This document shows, in pieces, positions 9,569 to 18,346 of a stretch of 64,000 nucleotides of DNA; position 1 is the stretch's first letter; every line of letters begins with the position of its first letter. The notes under the pieces were generated by a model. It worked only from the letters and a program-made list of their open reading frames with translations. It had not been told where the DNA came from and made no database searches. This DNA is from Bythopirellula sp. GTDB taxonomy: Bacteria > Planctomycetota > Planctomycetia > Pirellulales > Lacipirellulaceae. Both the position numbers and the translations under genes were made by a program. The stretch lies in the NCBI GenBank assembly GCA_965216565.1, contig OZ244170.1, positions 3,808,001 to 3,872,000 of the forward strand, given 5' to 3'.

Positions 9569-12500
9569 TTAGACTTCTTGCTTTGCTCGAAATGACATGA
9601 TTGCCGCCAAGGCACACAGCACCAGTCCACTCGGCTCGGGAACGCTACTCACCGATGCGGTAAGCGGACTTGCCCCTCCCAAGCCAAACTGCTCCTGCCA
9701 AATGAGAAAGTCGAGTCCGTCGCTGCGTCCGTCATCGTTGGCGTCGCCGATGTCGGTGCTGGCGTAGGCGTTTTCCCAAAGTCCTAAATCGTCGTTATCC
9801 ACATCACCATCGCCATCGAAGTCGGCTGACAATGGTGTTGAAACTTCTAGTAAGACACGATTGCCGACGGTGTCGTAGTTGACGTTCCACTGCAAGAGCC
9901 CCGTAAGTGTGGGTAGCGATGTTCCGCCAGAGAACGTGCCGCTGAGCGTGCCAGAGGTGAGAATCTCAAACGAGTCGCCAGCCAGGGGCGAGTAGGTACC
10001 CCCACCCAGATCAATCAATTGCACGTCCAACATCCCGGCCAGCGTCGCGGAGCCGGTGACATCGAGCACGTCGAAATCACCCGCTCCTGTACCTCCGATT
10101 TCGATTTCCAACGTACCCGACTGCTGGTCGTAGCTACCCGTGACGTCGGTCGTGCCGGGCGAAGTTCCTGGCGCCAGCGTGCCCCCCTGGTTGGTCAAAT
10201 CGCCGTCGAATGTCTCGACATGCAACGTGCCACCGGTGAAGTTGAACACCCCGCCGTCGGTATGTTCGATCGTTGCGGCGTCGAGAGTACCGCCACTGAG
10301 ATTAATGGTGCCGGTGGCGTTGATTGTGGCGATCCCATCTTCAAGAATTAACGTTCCATCGTTTTGGACATTGACGGTGGCCGAGCCTAGCGACGCATGG
10401 CCAATATCCAGTGAGCCGGTGCTGGTCAGCGTGAGTGAGGATCCGACGCCATCGATGGTGACCATTGCCGTTGTGGTTGCGCCGCCGAAATTTGCCATTT
10501 GGATTCCAGTAGCAGTGACCGTCGCGCCCGACTCGATAGCCAACGTCGCCGTTGTTCCGGCTGCGGTGGAGTTTGCCATCAGCACACCGTTGAGGTCACC
10601 GGTCGCTTGCTGGCGAAACGTGACGTCGGCCGTATGACCAGAGGTAGCCCAAGTGCCGGCAAAGTCGGATGTAACGCTGGAGCCCAAACCATCAACAACC
10701 AATGTTCCACTGCCGGTACTTGCCCCGACATTGAGAGTCAGCGCCGACAGATCAGCTCCGCTGTTGATCTCCACGGTCGTGCCTTCATTGATATTGTAGG
10801 CACCAAAATCTACCTGGGCGTCGCTACTGGCGGTAAGTGTTTGACCACTGGCCAGATCAAAAATGTCGTTAAAATCATCTTCCACCGTGAGTTGCCCACC
10901 AATGACTTGGACCGGCCCGTTGGCGTTGAAAGTGCCGCCCCCAGTGAGCCCAATGTTCACCGCTCCTGTGGCGTTAATCGTCGTTGTGCCAGTACCGGTA
11001 GTGAATGTACCACCGTTTTGAATGTCGACAGTGGCGGAGCCCGTGCCGGAAGTGCTACCGATCTCAAGCGCCGAGGCACCAGTCTGGGTGAGCGTCGAAT
11101 CGGTGCCGTCGATGGTGATTGTGCCAGTTGCGCCGCTTCCCGCCACACTGGCAATGTCGATGCTGTCCGTGTTCAGTGTGGCGCCGCCAGAGCCGTCGTT
11201 GCGGACCGAGAGATTGGCCACCGTGTTCGGGTCGCTAGAATTGGCTAGGTCGATGCCGCCGAAGGTGCCTGTGGCCTGGTCACTAAGCGTGATGGTGGCG
11301 GTGTTATTGTTGTTTCCCCAGTTGCTAAAGCCGGCCGACCCGTCGACGCTAGAACCAGCGCCCGTCACTACAAGCGTTCCGGAGCCGGGATCCAAGATAT
11401 TCGCGATGTCGAGATCGGCGGCGGTGAGGCTGGCGCCAGACTCGATCATAAACGTGGTGTTGCCATCGATGTCATAAACGCCGTCAAACTGGACCACGCC
11501 CCCATTGGTCGCGGTCAGTGTCTCGCCGCTGGCCAGATTGAACTCATCACCTACGACACTGGGTCCCACTTGGAGCGTGCCGCCGTCGACGTCGACCGAT
11601 CCATTGGCGTTAAACGCACCTAAGGTCGAGATATCTATCAGGCCGTTCGTCCAGATAATCGTGTCGCCGCCTGCGCTGGCGACGGTCTCGTCGTTGATCG
11701 TCAGGGTTCCAGTTCCCTCGGCACTCAAATCATTGCCTCCAACGTACAAGTCACCGGAATGGAACAGCGATGAGCCAGTACCGGTGAGCGTGACGTCGCC
11801 GTCCGATCCAGAAGACGAAGCGATAAAACCCCGCGCGCTCGTCACCGATCCACCCGCCTCGATGTTGAGCGTACCGTCGCCGAAGTTTCCGGTGATCAAA
11901 TCGTTGGTCACTTGCCACGTCGAGTCGGTGCCAGTTACCGTGGCGACGCCAACCGCGCCGGCCACTTCTCCGATGACGCCAAACGCGCTGCTCGCCGACC
12001 CTTCCGACTCGACGTTCATCGTGCCCGAACCATTCAGCCCCACAAGCACCGTCCCCGAACTGTCCCAAGTCGAGTTGTCGCCCGTGACGGTCACGTCCGA
12101 ACCGATCGAACTGCCCACCAGCCCGATGAACGCGTCCTCATTGGTCATCGACGCGCCGTCCTGTACGGTCACCCTTCCGCGGTCGTCGAAGCCAACCGTC
12201 AGGTCTCGGCCTACGTCGAGCGTCGCGCCACTACCCAGCACAAGGTGAGGCAGGTCGGTCAGCGTCAAGCCATCGACCACATAATCATCGGTCGCGTCAC
12301 CGGAGTTGGGTGTGTAAGCGCCGCCCGTTACCGTAAGCGTGCCATCGCGGAAAGTGAGCTGACCCTCGGCCGTGTTATCGAGGCCGGCATTGGCATTGAG
12401 CGCACCGCCATCGAGCGTGAGGGTCGTCCCGGCGGTCATCGTCATCGTGCCGTTGGCGTTGAATGTACCGTCGGTGATTGTGAGGGCACCAGTATTTTGG

Positions 12501-13414
12501 ATCAGCGTGGCACCAGTGCCGGTGTTGAACACACCGCCAGCGGACACGACAACCTCAGAATCGACATTGGGATTCGTCGCGTCGCCGATAGTGAGCGCCG
12601 AGGCGCCAGTCTGAGTAATCCTCGAATCGGTGCCGTTCACCGTCAGCGTTGCTTCCTGCACTGCCGAGGCCGAAGTCGAAAGCGAGCCGACGCGAATGCT
12701 GGCGGTATTGACCGTCGAGCCGGAGAGCACATTCATCCGTCCCGTGCTGCCCACACTGCTACCAGCTACAAGCGTAATCGTGCCATCGAGATCGTTAAAC
12801 GTCGAGCCATTTTGGAAGGTCAGCGTCCCCGTGTTGCCTACGGAGCCGAGAATCGTGGAGTTAGAAACATCCAGCACCGAACCGAACCCATCTACGATCA
12901 CCGTCCCGTCACCGCTCGAAGATCTGCCGGCAAACAGATTGCCTGTGCTTACACTCGTCGAGTCTTGAATCGTCAGAGATCCATCCGACCGAATACTTAA
13001 GTCGCTGTTCACCACCATCGCGAAGTCACCGCCGTTGGTGTTTTCGATCGTCAAATCGGTGTCGATGAAAGCATCGTCGTCCACTGTGTAAGTGTGAATG
13101 AAAATGAACGCGCTACTGGCAAAGCTGATGGTGCCGTCGAGTACGAATAAGTCGCTCACCGTACGGTCAACCAGTCCCGGCATCTCCACGTTGAATGTTC
13201 CCGCCAGGTTGAACCGGGCGCTCTCGTTGACGTTTCCCGGTTCGTTATTGCCTGCCCAATTGTCAGTATTATTGTACAGGTCGTTTGCCCCGAGACCGGT
13301 CCAGTCGATGATCGTCTGGCCTGTGGCAGAAAGGCTCATCGCGAAAAACGCCACGAGCACGACCACAAAACTGCTCCCCCAACGCATGAGATTTCTCACG
13401 ACATCCCCCGTCAA
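9569..13414 (-). CDS. Large secreted PEP-CTERM beta-repeat protein with dockerin-like module (start may be a few codons downstream)
   Basis: 1281-aa ORF; signal peptide; T5SS/PEP-CTERM-type repeats (VTVTGDNSTW, VTGTDSTW); dockerin-like pair; VPEP-TM. Confidence 0.92.
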   Translation of the reverse strand: MTGDVVRNLMRWGSSFVVVLVAFFAMSLSATGQTIIDWTGLGANDLYNNTDNWAGNNEPGNVNESARFNLAGTFNVEMPGLVDRTVSDLFVLDGTISFASSAFIFIHTYTVDDDAFIDTDLTIENTNGGDFAMVVNSDLSIRSDGSLTIQDSTSVSTGNLFAGRSSSGDGTVIVDGFGSVLDVSNSTILGSVGNTGTLTFQNGSTFNDLDGTITLVAGSSVGSTGRMNVLSGSTVNTASIRVGSLSTSASAVQEATLTVNGTDSRITQTGASALTIGDATNPNVDSEVVVSAGGVFNTGTGATLIQNTGALTITDGTFNANGTMTMTAGTTLTLDGGALNANAGLDNTAEGQLTFRDGTLTVTGGAYTPNSGDATDDYVVDGLTLTDLPHLVLGSGATLDVGRDLTVGFDDRGRVTVQDGASMTNEDAFIGLVGSSIGSDVTVTGDNSTWDSSGTVLVGLNGSGTMNVESEGSASSAFGVIGEVAGAVGVATVTGTDSTWQVTNDLITGNFGDGTLNIEAGGSVTSARGFIASSSGSDGDVTLTGTGSSLFHSGDLYVGGNDLSAEGTGTLTINDETVASAGGDTIIWTNGLIDISTLGAFNANGSVDVDGGTLQVGPSVVGDEFNLASGETLTATNGGVVQFDGVYDIDGNTTFMIESGASLTAADLDIANILDPGSGTLVVTGAGSSVDGSAGFSNWGNNNNTATITLSDQATGTFGGIDLANSSDPNTVANLSVRNDGSGGATLNTDSIDIASVAGSGATGTITIDGTDSTLTQTGASALEIGSTSGTGSATVDIQNGGTFTTGTGTTTINATGAVNIGLTGGGTFNANGPVQVIGGQLTVEDDFNDIFDLASGQTLTASSDAQVDFGAYNINEGTTVEINSGADLSALTLNVGASTGSGTLVVDGLGSSVTSDFAGTWATSGHTADVTFRQQATGDLNGVLMANSTAAGTTATLAIESGATVTATGIQMANFGGATTTAMVTIDGVGSSLTLTSTGSLDIGHASLGSATVNVQNDGTLILEDGIATINATGTINLSGGTLDAATIEHTDGGVFNFTGGTLHVETFDGDLTNQGGTLAPGTSPGTTDVTGSYDQQSGTLEIEIGGTGAGDFDVLDVTGSATLAGMLDVQLIDLGGGTYSPLAGDSFEILTSGTLSGTFSGGTSLPTLTGLLQWNVNYDTVGNRVLLEVSTPLSADFDGDGDVDNDDLGLWENAYASTDIGDANDDGRSDGLDFLIWQEQFGLGGASPLTASVSSVPEPSGLVLCALAAIMSFRAKQEV

Positions 13415-13576
13415 TGGTTGCTCTTACCGCTCCGTCTGAACCCACGAAACAGAACGGAAGAATGTGCTTCAAGCAGGCAATGCCGCATTGTCGCGGAATC
13501 TCCACACAGAAGCAAGAAATTTAGACAGGATTACAAGATGAGCCAGATTTACGGGATAAGAAAGAAGGAACAATAA

Positions 13577-15175
13577 TCATCCTGTTGATCCTGCCCATCC
13601 CGTCATCCCGTCATCCCGACTGTTTTTTTCTTGGTCCTTCGTGCCTTTGTGGTTCATCAAGAGAACCACCGCCAGCGAGATCAGCACCGCACCACCCGGT
13701 TCTGGCACTGCCGTGGTCGGGGACGACACGGCTCCCAATGGGCCCGTGTATTGCGTTTGCCAAGCGAGAAAATCGAGCCCGTCGCTGTCACTATCATCGT
13801 CCGCGTCCGCTAAGTCGTCGACAGCGTACGAAGTCTCCCAGCGCGTCAGGTCATCACCGTCCACATCGCCATCGGTATCGAAGTCGGCAGAGAATAACCC
13901 GCGCTCAATCGCACCCACATCAAACCCCGCCCCCACCGGTCGCGGCTTGCCTTCCAAATCGATCGCAGGCGCCGCCGTCGAGGTACCTGCATCGAGCCCC
14001 AGCGAAGTGGCCGTCAAATCGTAGTCGCCGGTGGTCCAATCAAAAAACAATTGATTCGGATCGCCCACTTGCGAGTTGCTGTCCTGCCCAGAAAACGACT
14101 GCCACTGATTGAGCGAAAGCACGGACGAAGCATCGTCCGCAGTAAACCGAGAAATCACAATGTTGTAGTCGCTGGTGAGTCCCGTCAGGCTGTCGGGCGA
14201 AATATCGAGCGCTCCGCGAAATGAATGTTCGTTCAAGAGAAAATTGTTATAGATGGTATTGCCGGTCGCGCCATCTCGGATGTTCAGCGCCCAACGGCCA
14301 TCGCTGGCAACGTGCACGGTGTTGTTCACCACGACATTGCCAGTCGAGGGTGCCCCGCCGTCGATTTGATAGAGCGAAATGCCACTCGCGTGCGTGTCGT
14401 AAATCAGATTATTTTGAATCCGCGAGTCGACCACGCCATCCATGTTGATGCCGCTGCCGCCGCCAACGCCGTTGTCGTAGATCACGTTGCCCTCAACAAG
14501 CGCCCCGCTAATCACACCATCGCCACCCAAGCTCGCGTCGCCATTCATGTGAATGCCATTGGCATTGTTGTTCCAAATCTCGTTGCCACGAATCACGGGG
14601 CGATCACCACTGTTGGAAACATAAATGCCGTGCTCGTCGTCGGCCCCAGTGGTGCGATTGTTTTCGATCAGTAGATCGTCGACGAACCCGGTAAAAATGC
14701 CCCAGCGAAAATTATCGACCGCCCACACATTGCGAATGGTCACATGCTCGCTGTGATTGCCCGCCCCACCGCCCACGGCACGAATTCCCGCTCGTGGCAT
14801 ATTGCTCACGTTAAAGCCGTCGACAATCACGTGCGACGTCCCTTCGAGGTTGATCCCATCGGGAGTCGATGCATTCTGCTGAACCACCAGCACGCCAGGC
14901 TCGGCGAAAAACTCAATGGGGTTACTTGGCGTCCCACTGGTGGTGAGATGAAAGCCGGTGTAGTTGCCTGCCCGTACAACAACCCGATCTCCCGGTCCCA
15001 CCTGCGTTGCCGCGTGTTGCAAGGTTTGCCAAGGCGCACTAGCCGAACCGGTGGCGCCGTTGCTGCCATTGGGATCGACATAGAACTCAACCGCCCAAGT
15101 GGGCACTGCCAAAAAAGAAATCGCCGCCATCGCGCAGCAAACAAATAAGAAATCCACTCTCTTTCCGCTGGCCAT
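13577..15175 (-). CDS. Right-handed parallel beta-helix (pectin-lyase-like) PEP-CTERM protein
   Basis: YVDPNGSN..GSASAPWQTLQHAA...PGDRVVVRAGNY; PbH1-like repeats HGIYVSN/NGIHMNG/GINMDG; DLEGKPRP..DVGAIE; dockerin-like pair; VPEP-TM. Confidence 0.9.
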   Translation of the reverse strand: MASGKRVDFLFVCCAMAAISFLAVPTWAVEFYVDPNGSNGATGSASAPWQTLQHAATQVGPGDRVVVRAGNYTGFHLTTSGTPSNPIEFFAEPGVLVVQQNASTPDGINLEGTSHVIVDGFNVSNMPRAGIRAVGGGAGNHSEHVTIRNVWAVDNFRWGIFTGFVDDLLIENNRTTGADDEHGIYVSNSGDRPVIRGNEIWNNNANGIHMNGDASLGGDGVISGALVEGNVIYDNGVGGGSGINMDGVVDSRIQNNLIYDTHASGISLYQIDGGAPSTGNVVVNNTVHVASDGRWALNIRDGATGNTIYNNFLLNEHSFRGALDISPDSLTGLTSDYNIVISRFTADDASSVLSLNQWQSFSGQDSNSQVGDPNQLFFDWTTGDYDLTATSLGLDAGTSTAAPAIDLEGKPRPVGAGFDVGAIERGLFSADFDTDGDVDGDDLTRWETSYAVDDLADADDDSDSDGLDFLAWQTQYTGPLGAVSSPTTAVPEPGGAVLISLAVVLLMNHKGTKDQEKNSRDDGMTGWAGSTG

Positions 15176-15453
15176 CGTGACCCTCCTCTGCTAGTTGTTC
15201 CGGTCGTCATTCTACAGAGTCGGCTCAGCCAAGATGAAGAGCGATTGCTTGGTTTCCGTGCGAGACCATCAGACAGCGTCTAGCGCGAAGTACTTGCGAA
15301 AATAGGCTGTAATCACTGAAAGAATTGCCATTGGCGGCACCTCGCGGCTACAATGCGGGCCGCAAGACAGGCAGTTTAAATCGCTCAGGGCTGCCAGCGT
15401 GTATTTGAGGGGCTCTATCACTAACTCAGACGTTAGTCTGAAAGGAACGACTC

Positions 15454-16071
15454 ATGAATCGGACACACATTCTATCCATTCTCATCGCTGCACTTCTCGC
15501 AGTAGCATCATCCCCCGCACTGGCAGACGTCGATGTCTCGCTAAATGTTTTCCCCAACGATTTCTCCGACCCCACCCAGGGCGGCTCCTGGCAACTTGTT
15601 GCCATCACCGATACGCCCCTCTCCGATGGCATCGTCGGTTTGGTGACACGCTTTGAAGACGGTACCATTCCAGCCGCCGGCAGCGTCAATCCCAACATCG
15701 GTGCTGATATATTTACAATCGGTACGTTTGCCGACCCCAATGGACCTGACTTTGTAGAGTTTGTTTATGGTCAGGCTTCGCCCTACGTTTTCGGTGTCGG
15801 CCAAATCACGAGCCCTTCAAACATTGGTCTCGATCCGCTGGGAGATCCCACCTGGAACTTCGCCTCGGAAATTGCCACCGGCACGATCCCCGATCTCACG
15901 ACAATTCCCGTCGAAATCCTCGCCGCAGGTAACGAAGTGTTCGAAACCATCAGTGGTGGCGTGCAAGCGGCAACCATTGACCAATTTGTCGTCCGCGTCC
16001 AGGTGCCCGAACCTTCAACCGCGTTGCTATTACTCGCAGGTTGTTGTGGAGTTGGTTTCCGACGCCGTTAA
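15454..16071 (+). CDS. Small PEP-CTERM protein
   Basis: AAGGA RBS; signal peptide; C-terminal VPEPSTALLLLAGCCGVGFRRR. Confidence 0.9.
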   Translation: MNRTHILSILIAALLAVASSPALADVDVSLNVFPNDFSDPTQGGSWQLVAITDTPLSDGIVGLVTRFEDGTIPAAGSVNPNIGADIFTIGTFADPNGPDFVEFVYGQASPYVFGVGQITSPSNIGLDPLGDPTWNFASEIATGTIPDLTTIPVEILAAGNEVFETISGGVQAATIDQFVVRVQVPEPSTALLLLAGCCGVGFRRR

Positions 16072-16094
16072 TTCTAGGCACGATCCATTGATCC

Positions 16095-16118
16095 ATCCCC
16101 CGGCGGAGCCGGGGGCTA
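16095..16118. repeat. REP-like palindrome, ATCCCCCGGC(A/G)GAGCCGGGGGCTA family
   Basis: Same 24-bp unit at 35093-35116, 35141-35164, 50023-50046, 50072-50095, degenerate near 9545-9565; this copy supplies the stop codon of the transglutaminase gene. Confidence 0.8.
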
Positions 16119-17591
16119 CTTTGTTGCGCCGGCAGGTTCGACCTCGAAGTTGAACGACCACCGCCACTCGTCGAAATAAAGATTGTGGCCGTCGATCTCC
16201 ACTTCGCCGCGCTGAAAATCGTTGGGCTCGCTGCGGAAACTCGTTTTCGGTGGCGACAATTCTCGGCCGTAGTCGAGATTCACAATCAACCGGTACGGAT
16301 CCATCCGCCCGCACAAGAATTCCTGCACCCTCGGATCTTCGTGCTGCTGCATGCCATAAGACGCATCCACCGGCAACCAGCCCCACGGTTCGATGTACAT
16401 CTCCGACCAATCGTGCATGTTCCAATCGCCCGGTTTGGTTTGCCAACCCGACTGCCATCGCGCCGGTACCCCTGCCGCCCGGCAGAGCGTGACAAACGTT
16501 AACCCCTGCACCCCGCAATCGCCGCGCCGCGCTGCCAGCCCTTTTGCCGACAAGTTGCGAATGGTGCTGTACTCCATCTCCGCACACCAGGGCACATTGG
16601 CCGACACCCAGCGAAAGATCCGCCGTGCCTTTTCCAAAGGATTCGTCTCGTCGCCCACAATCTCCGCCGTCAGCGAGCGCACCTCGGGCGTGAACACGAT
16701 GTGCGGCGCCCGCTCGGCGGTGTGCTCTCGATAGACCACACTCGTCGTGTCGTACTCTTCCACCAAAGCGGGGTCCAGCTTGGGGCAATACGCACTGGTG
16801 ACAAATTCATACTCCACTTCAAACTGCTGCGGCTTGTCGGCATCCTCAACCGTTTGCTCAAAATAAACCGTCCGATGCGGTACTCCATTCTCCGCCACCA
16901 ACGTCGGCTTGGGCGTCGCGCTCAATAGTTTTACATCGCGCTGCTGACGATACTCTTGTGGAAACGGCAACCAGACCCGCACCCACGCGCCTTGCTTAAC
17001 GCGAGGATGATCCCCGGCAATCGTCACGCCGTACTTCACGCGGTGATGAATCGGGGAAACCTCCGGATCGTCGGATTTTTCCGCCAACTCGACGAGTTGC
17101 TGCAATTCCCCTGGCAGATTGAAATTGTCCTCGCCAGGCTTATGTTGCCCCGCCGCAGCCCGTCGTTGTTTTGCGTCGTCGCTAAACCGAAATAACGTCC
17201 CCACGGCTCGACGGAAGTATTTCACCTCGCCGTCAATCACCCGGCCTTGCAAGTCGCCCTCGGCATACCAACGTTCGACATCCTCCAGCGTCGCATCAGG
17301 AATACTCTTTTGAATCTCCGCCAGCACCTCCGCGGCAGTCAGTGAAAAGTCGTGACGAATCCGCCGCAGGATCTCCCGTTCAATCGCCGCCGGTTCGGTG
17401 ACCGGCGCCTCAAGATCGTCTATCTCACGGGCCAACGCCGCTTCAGCTTTGGCAAACTCGCCCTTTTCAATCAAAGCTTGCACCTGCGACTCCTGCCCGC
17501 CCATGGCCGCTCCCACCCAAACGGCGGGTCCTAAAAAGAAGCCCACTACAAAAACTTGTCCCCAGAAACTGTAATCGCGCATTTTACACAT
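16116..17591 (-). CDS. Secreted transglutaminase-like (Cys-His-Asp) protein
   Basis: GDCGVQGLTFVTLCRAAGVPAR, HDWSEMY, WLPVDAS; N-terminal signal/TM segment. Confidence 0.9.
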   Translation of the reverse strand: MCKMRDYSFWGQVFVVGFFLGPAVWVGAAMGGQESQVQALIEKGEFAKAEAALAREIDDLEAPVTEPAAIEREILRRIRHDFSLTAAEVLAEIQKSIPDATLEDVERWYAEGDLQGRVIDGEVKYFRRAVGTLFRFSDDAKQRRAAAGQHKPGEDNFNLPGELQQLVELAEKSDDPEVSPIHHRVKYGVTIAGDHPRVKQGAWVRVWLPFPQEYRQQRDVKLLSATPKPTLVAENGVPHRTVYFEQTVEDADKPQQFEVEYEFVTSAYCPKLDPALVEEYDTTSVVYREHTAERAPHIVFTPEVRSLTAEIVGDETNPLEKARRIFRWVSANVPWCAEMEYSTIRNLSAKGLAARRGDCGVQGLTFVTLCRAAGVPARWQSGWQTKPGDWNMHDWSEMYIEPWGWLPVDASYGMQQHEDPRVQEFLCGRMDPYRLIVNLDYGRELSPPKTSFRSEPNDFQRGEVEIDGHNLYFDEWRWSFNFEVEPAGATK

Positions 17592-17788
17592 GGCCTCGCG
17601 TTGTGATTATTGTAATAGCCTGGCAAAAAGATTGTATTTGACTTCTCAATGGGTCTGCAAATCGATTGCTTTTTGTCGGAACTCTTAGTGCTTGCTCGTA
17701 CTCTAACTGATTGCCCAGAGGTTGGCTTGCAAATGCGGCCTTAGAAACCTGTCTGACACTCTTTGTCTGGACCAGAAAGCAAAACACG

Positions 17789-18154
17789 ATGCGACCAAAT
17801 CAGCTCAACAAACTGAGAATTGGCAAACGCGATTTACTTGTGTTCATCATTGGGCTGTCAGCCGGCATCGTGCTAGGCCTGGGATCGACTCGATGGCGTG
17901 CTAGTCCTGTTTACAATCTCGTTCCCCATGATGTAGTCATCGTTCGTGGTATGAGCCTACTTCCAAACGCTTCAGCTCAGGAGACTTATACAGTAAACCC
18001 GGACGGGCGGATTGATTTTGGTCCAATCTATGGGAAGGTGCCAGTAGCTGGACTGACAATTGATCAGGCTGAGGTAGCTGTGCAAGACGCAATAGAAGCT
18101 AAGGATCCAAAAGCTGACTTGTACCTATCGATCTTATCAACGGTAGAAAAGTAG
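17789..18154 (+). CDS. Small membrane protein with polysaccharide-export (Poly_export/Wza N-terminal-like) domain
   Basis: TM helix then YNLVPHDVV...YTVNPDGRIDFGPIYGKVPVAGLTIDQAE. Confidence 0.8.
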   Translation: MRPNQLNKLRIGKRDLLVFIIGLSAGIVLGLGSTRWRASPVYNLVPHDVVIVRGMSLLPNASAQETYTVNPDGRIDFGPIYGKVPVAGLTIDQAEVAVQDAIEAKDPKADLYLSILSTVEK

Positions 18155-18280
18155 GAGGTCAACTCTATGTGAATCGATGGCCTCGCCATAGGCTACGTTG
18201 AGTAAGCCCTTCGGACAATCAACCAATTTGTCTCCCCTCCGTGTCCTCTGCGTCCTTCTGTAATAATCTTCCCGCCCAGT

Positions 18281-18317
18281 AAAAAACGCCGCAAACTCCC
18301 GGGGGAACCTGCGGCGT
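18281..18317 (-). terminator. Intrinsic terminator of the sigma factor gene
   Basis: ACGCCGCA/TGCGGCGT stem followed by a T6 tract on the minus strand. Confidence 0.8.
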
Positions 18318-18346
18318 CTCGTCCGATTTTCGTTTGCTAGTCTCGC

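Noticed and set aside
1095..15148. Many long antisense and alternate-frame ORFs within the PEP-CTERM genes (e.g. 11912-13000, 11505-12248, 7783-8415)
   Set aside because: These are expected shadows of GC-rich, Gly/Thr-rich repetitive genes, with no recognisable motifs.
970..15175. Diversity-generating retroelement or invertase shufflon acting on the repeated C-terminal cassettes
   Set aside because: No reverse transcriptase or recombinase is in the window, all copies are coding and co-oriented, and the differences are not visibly adenine-specific.
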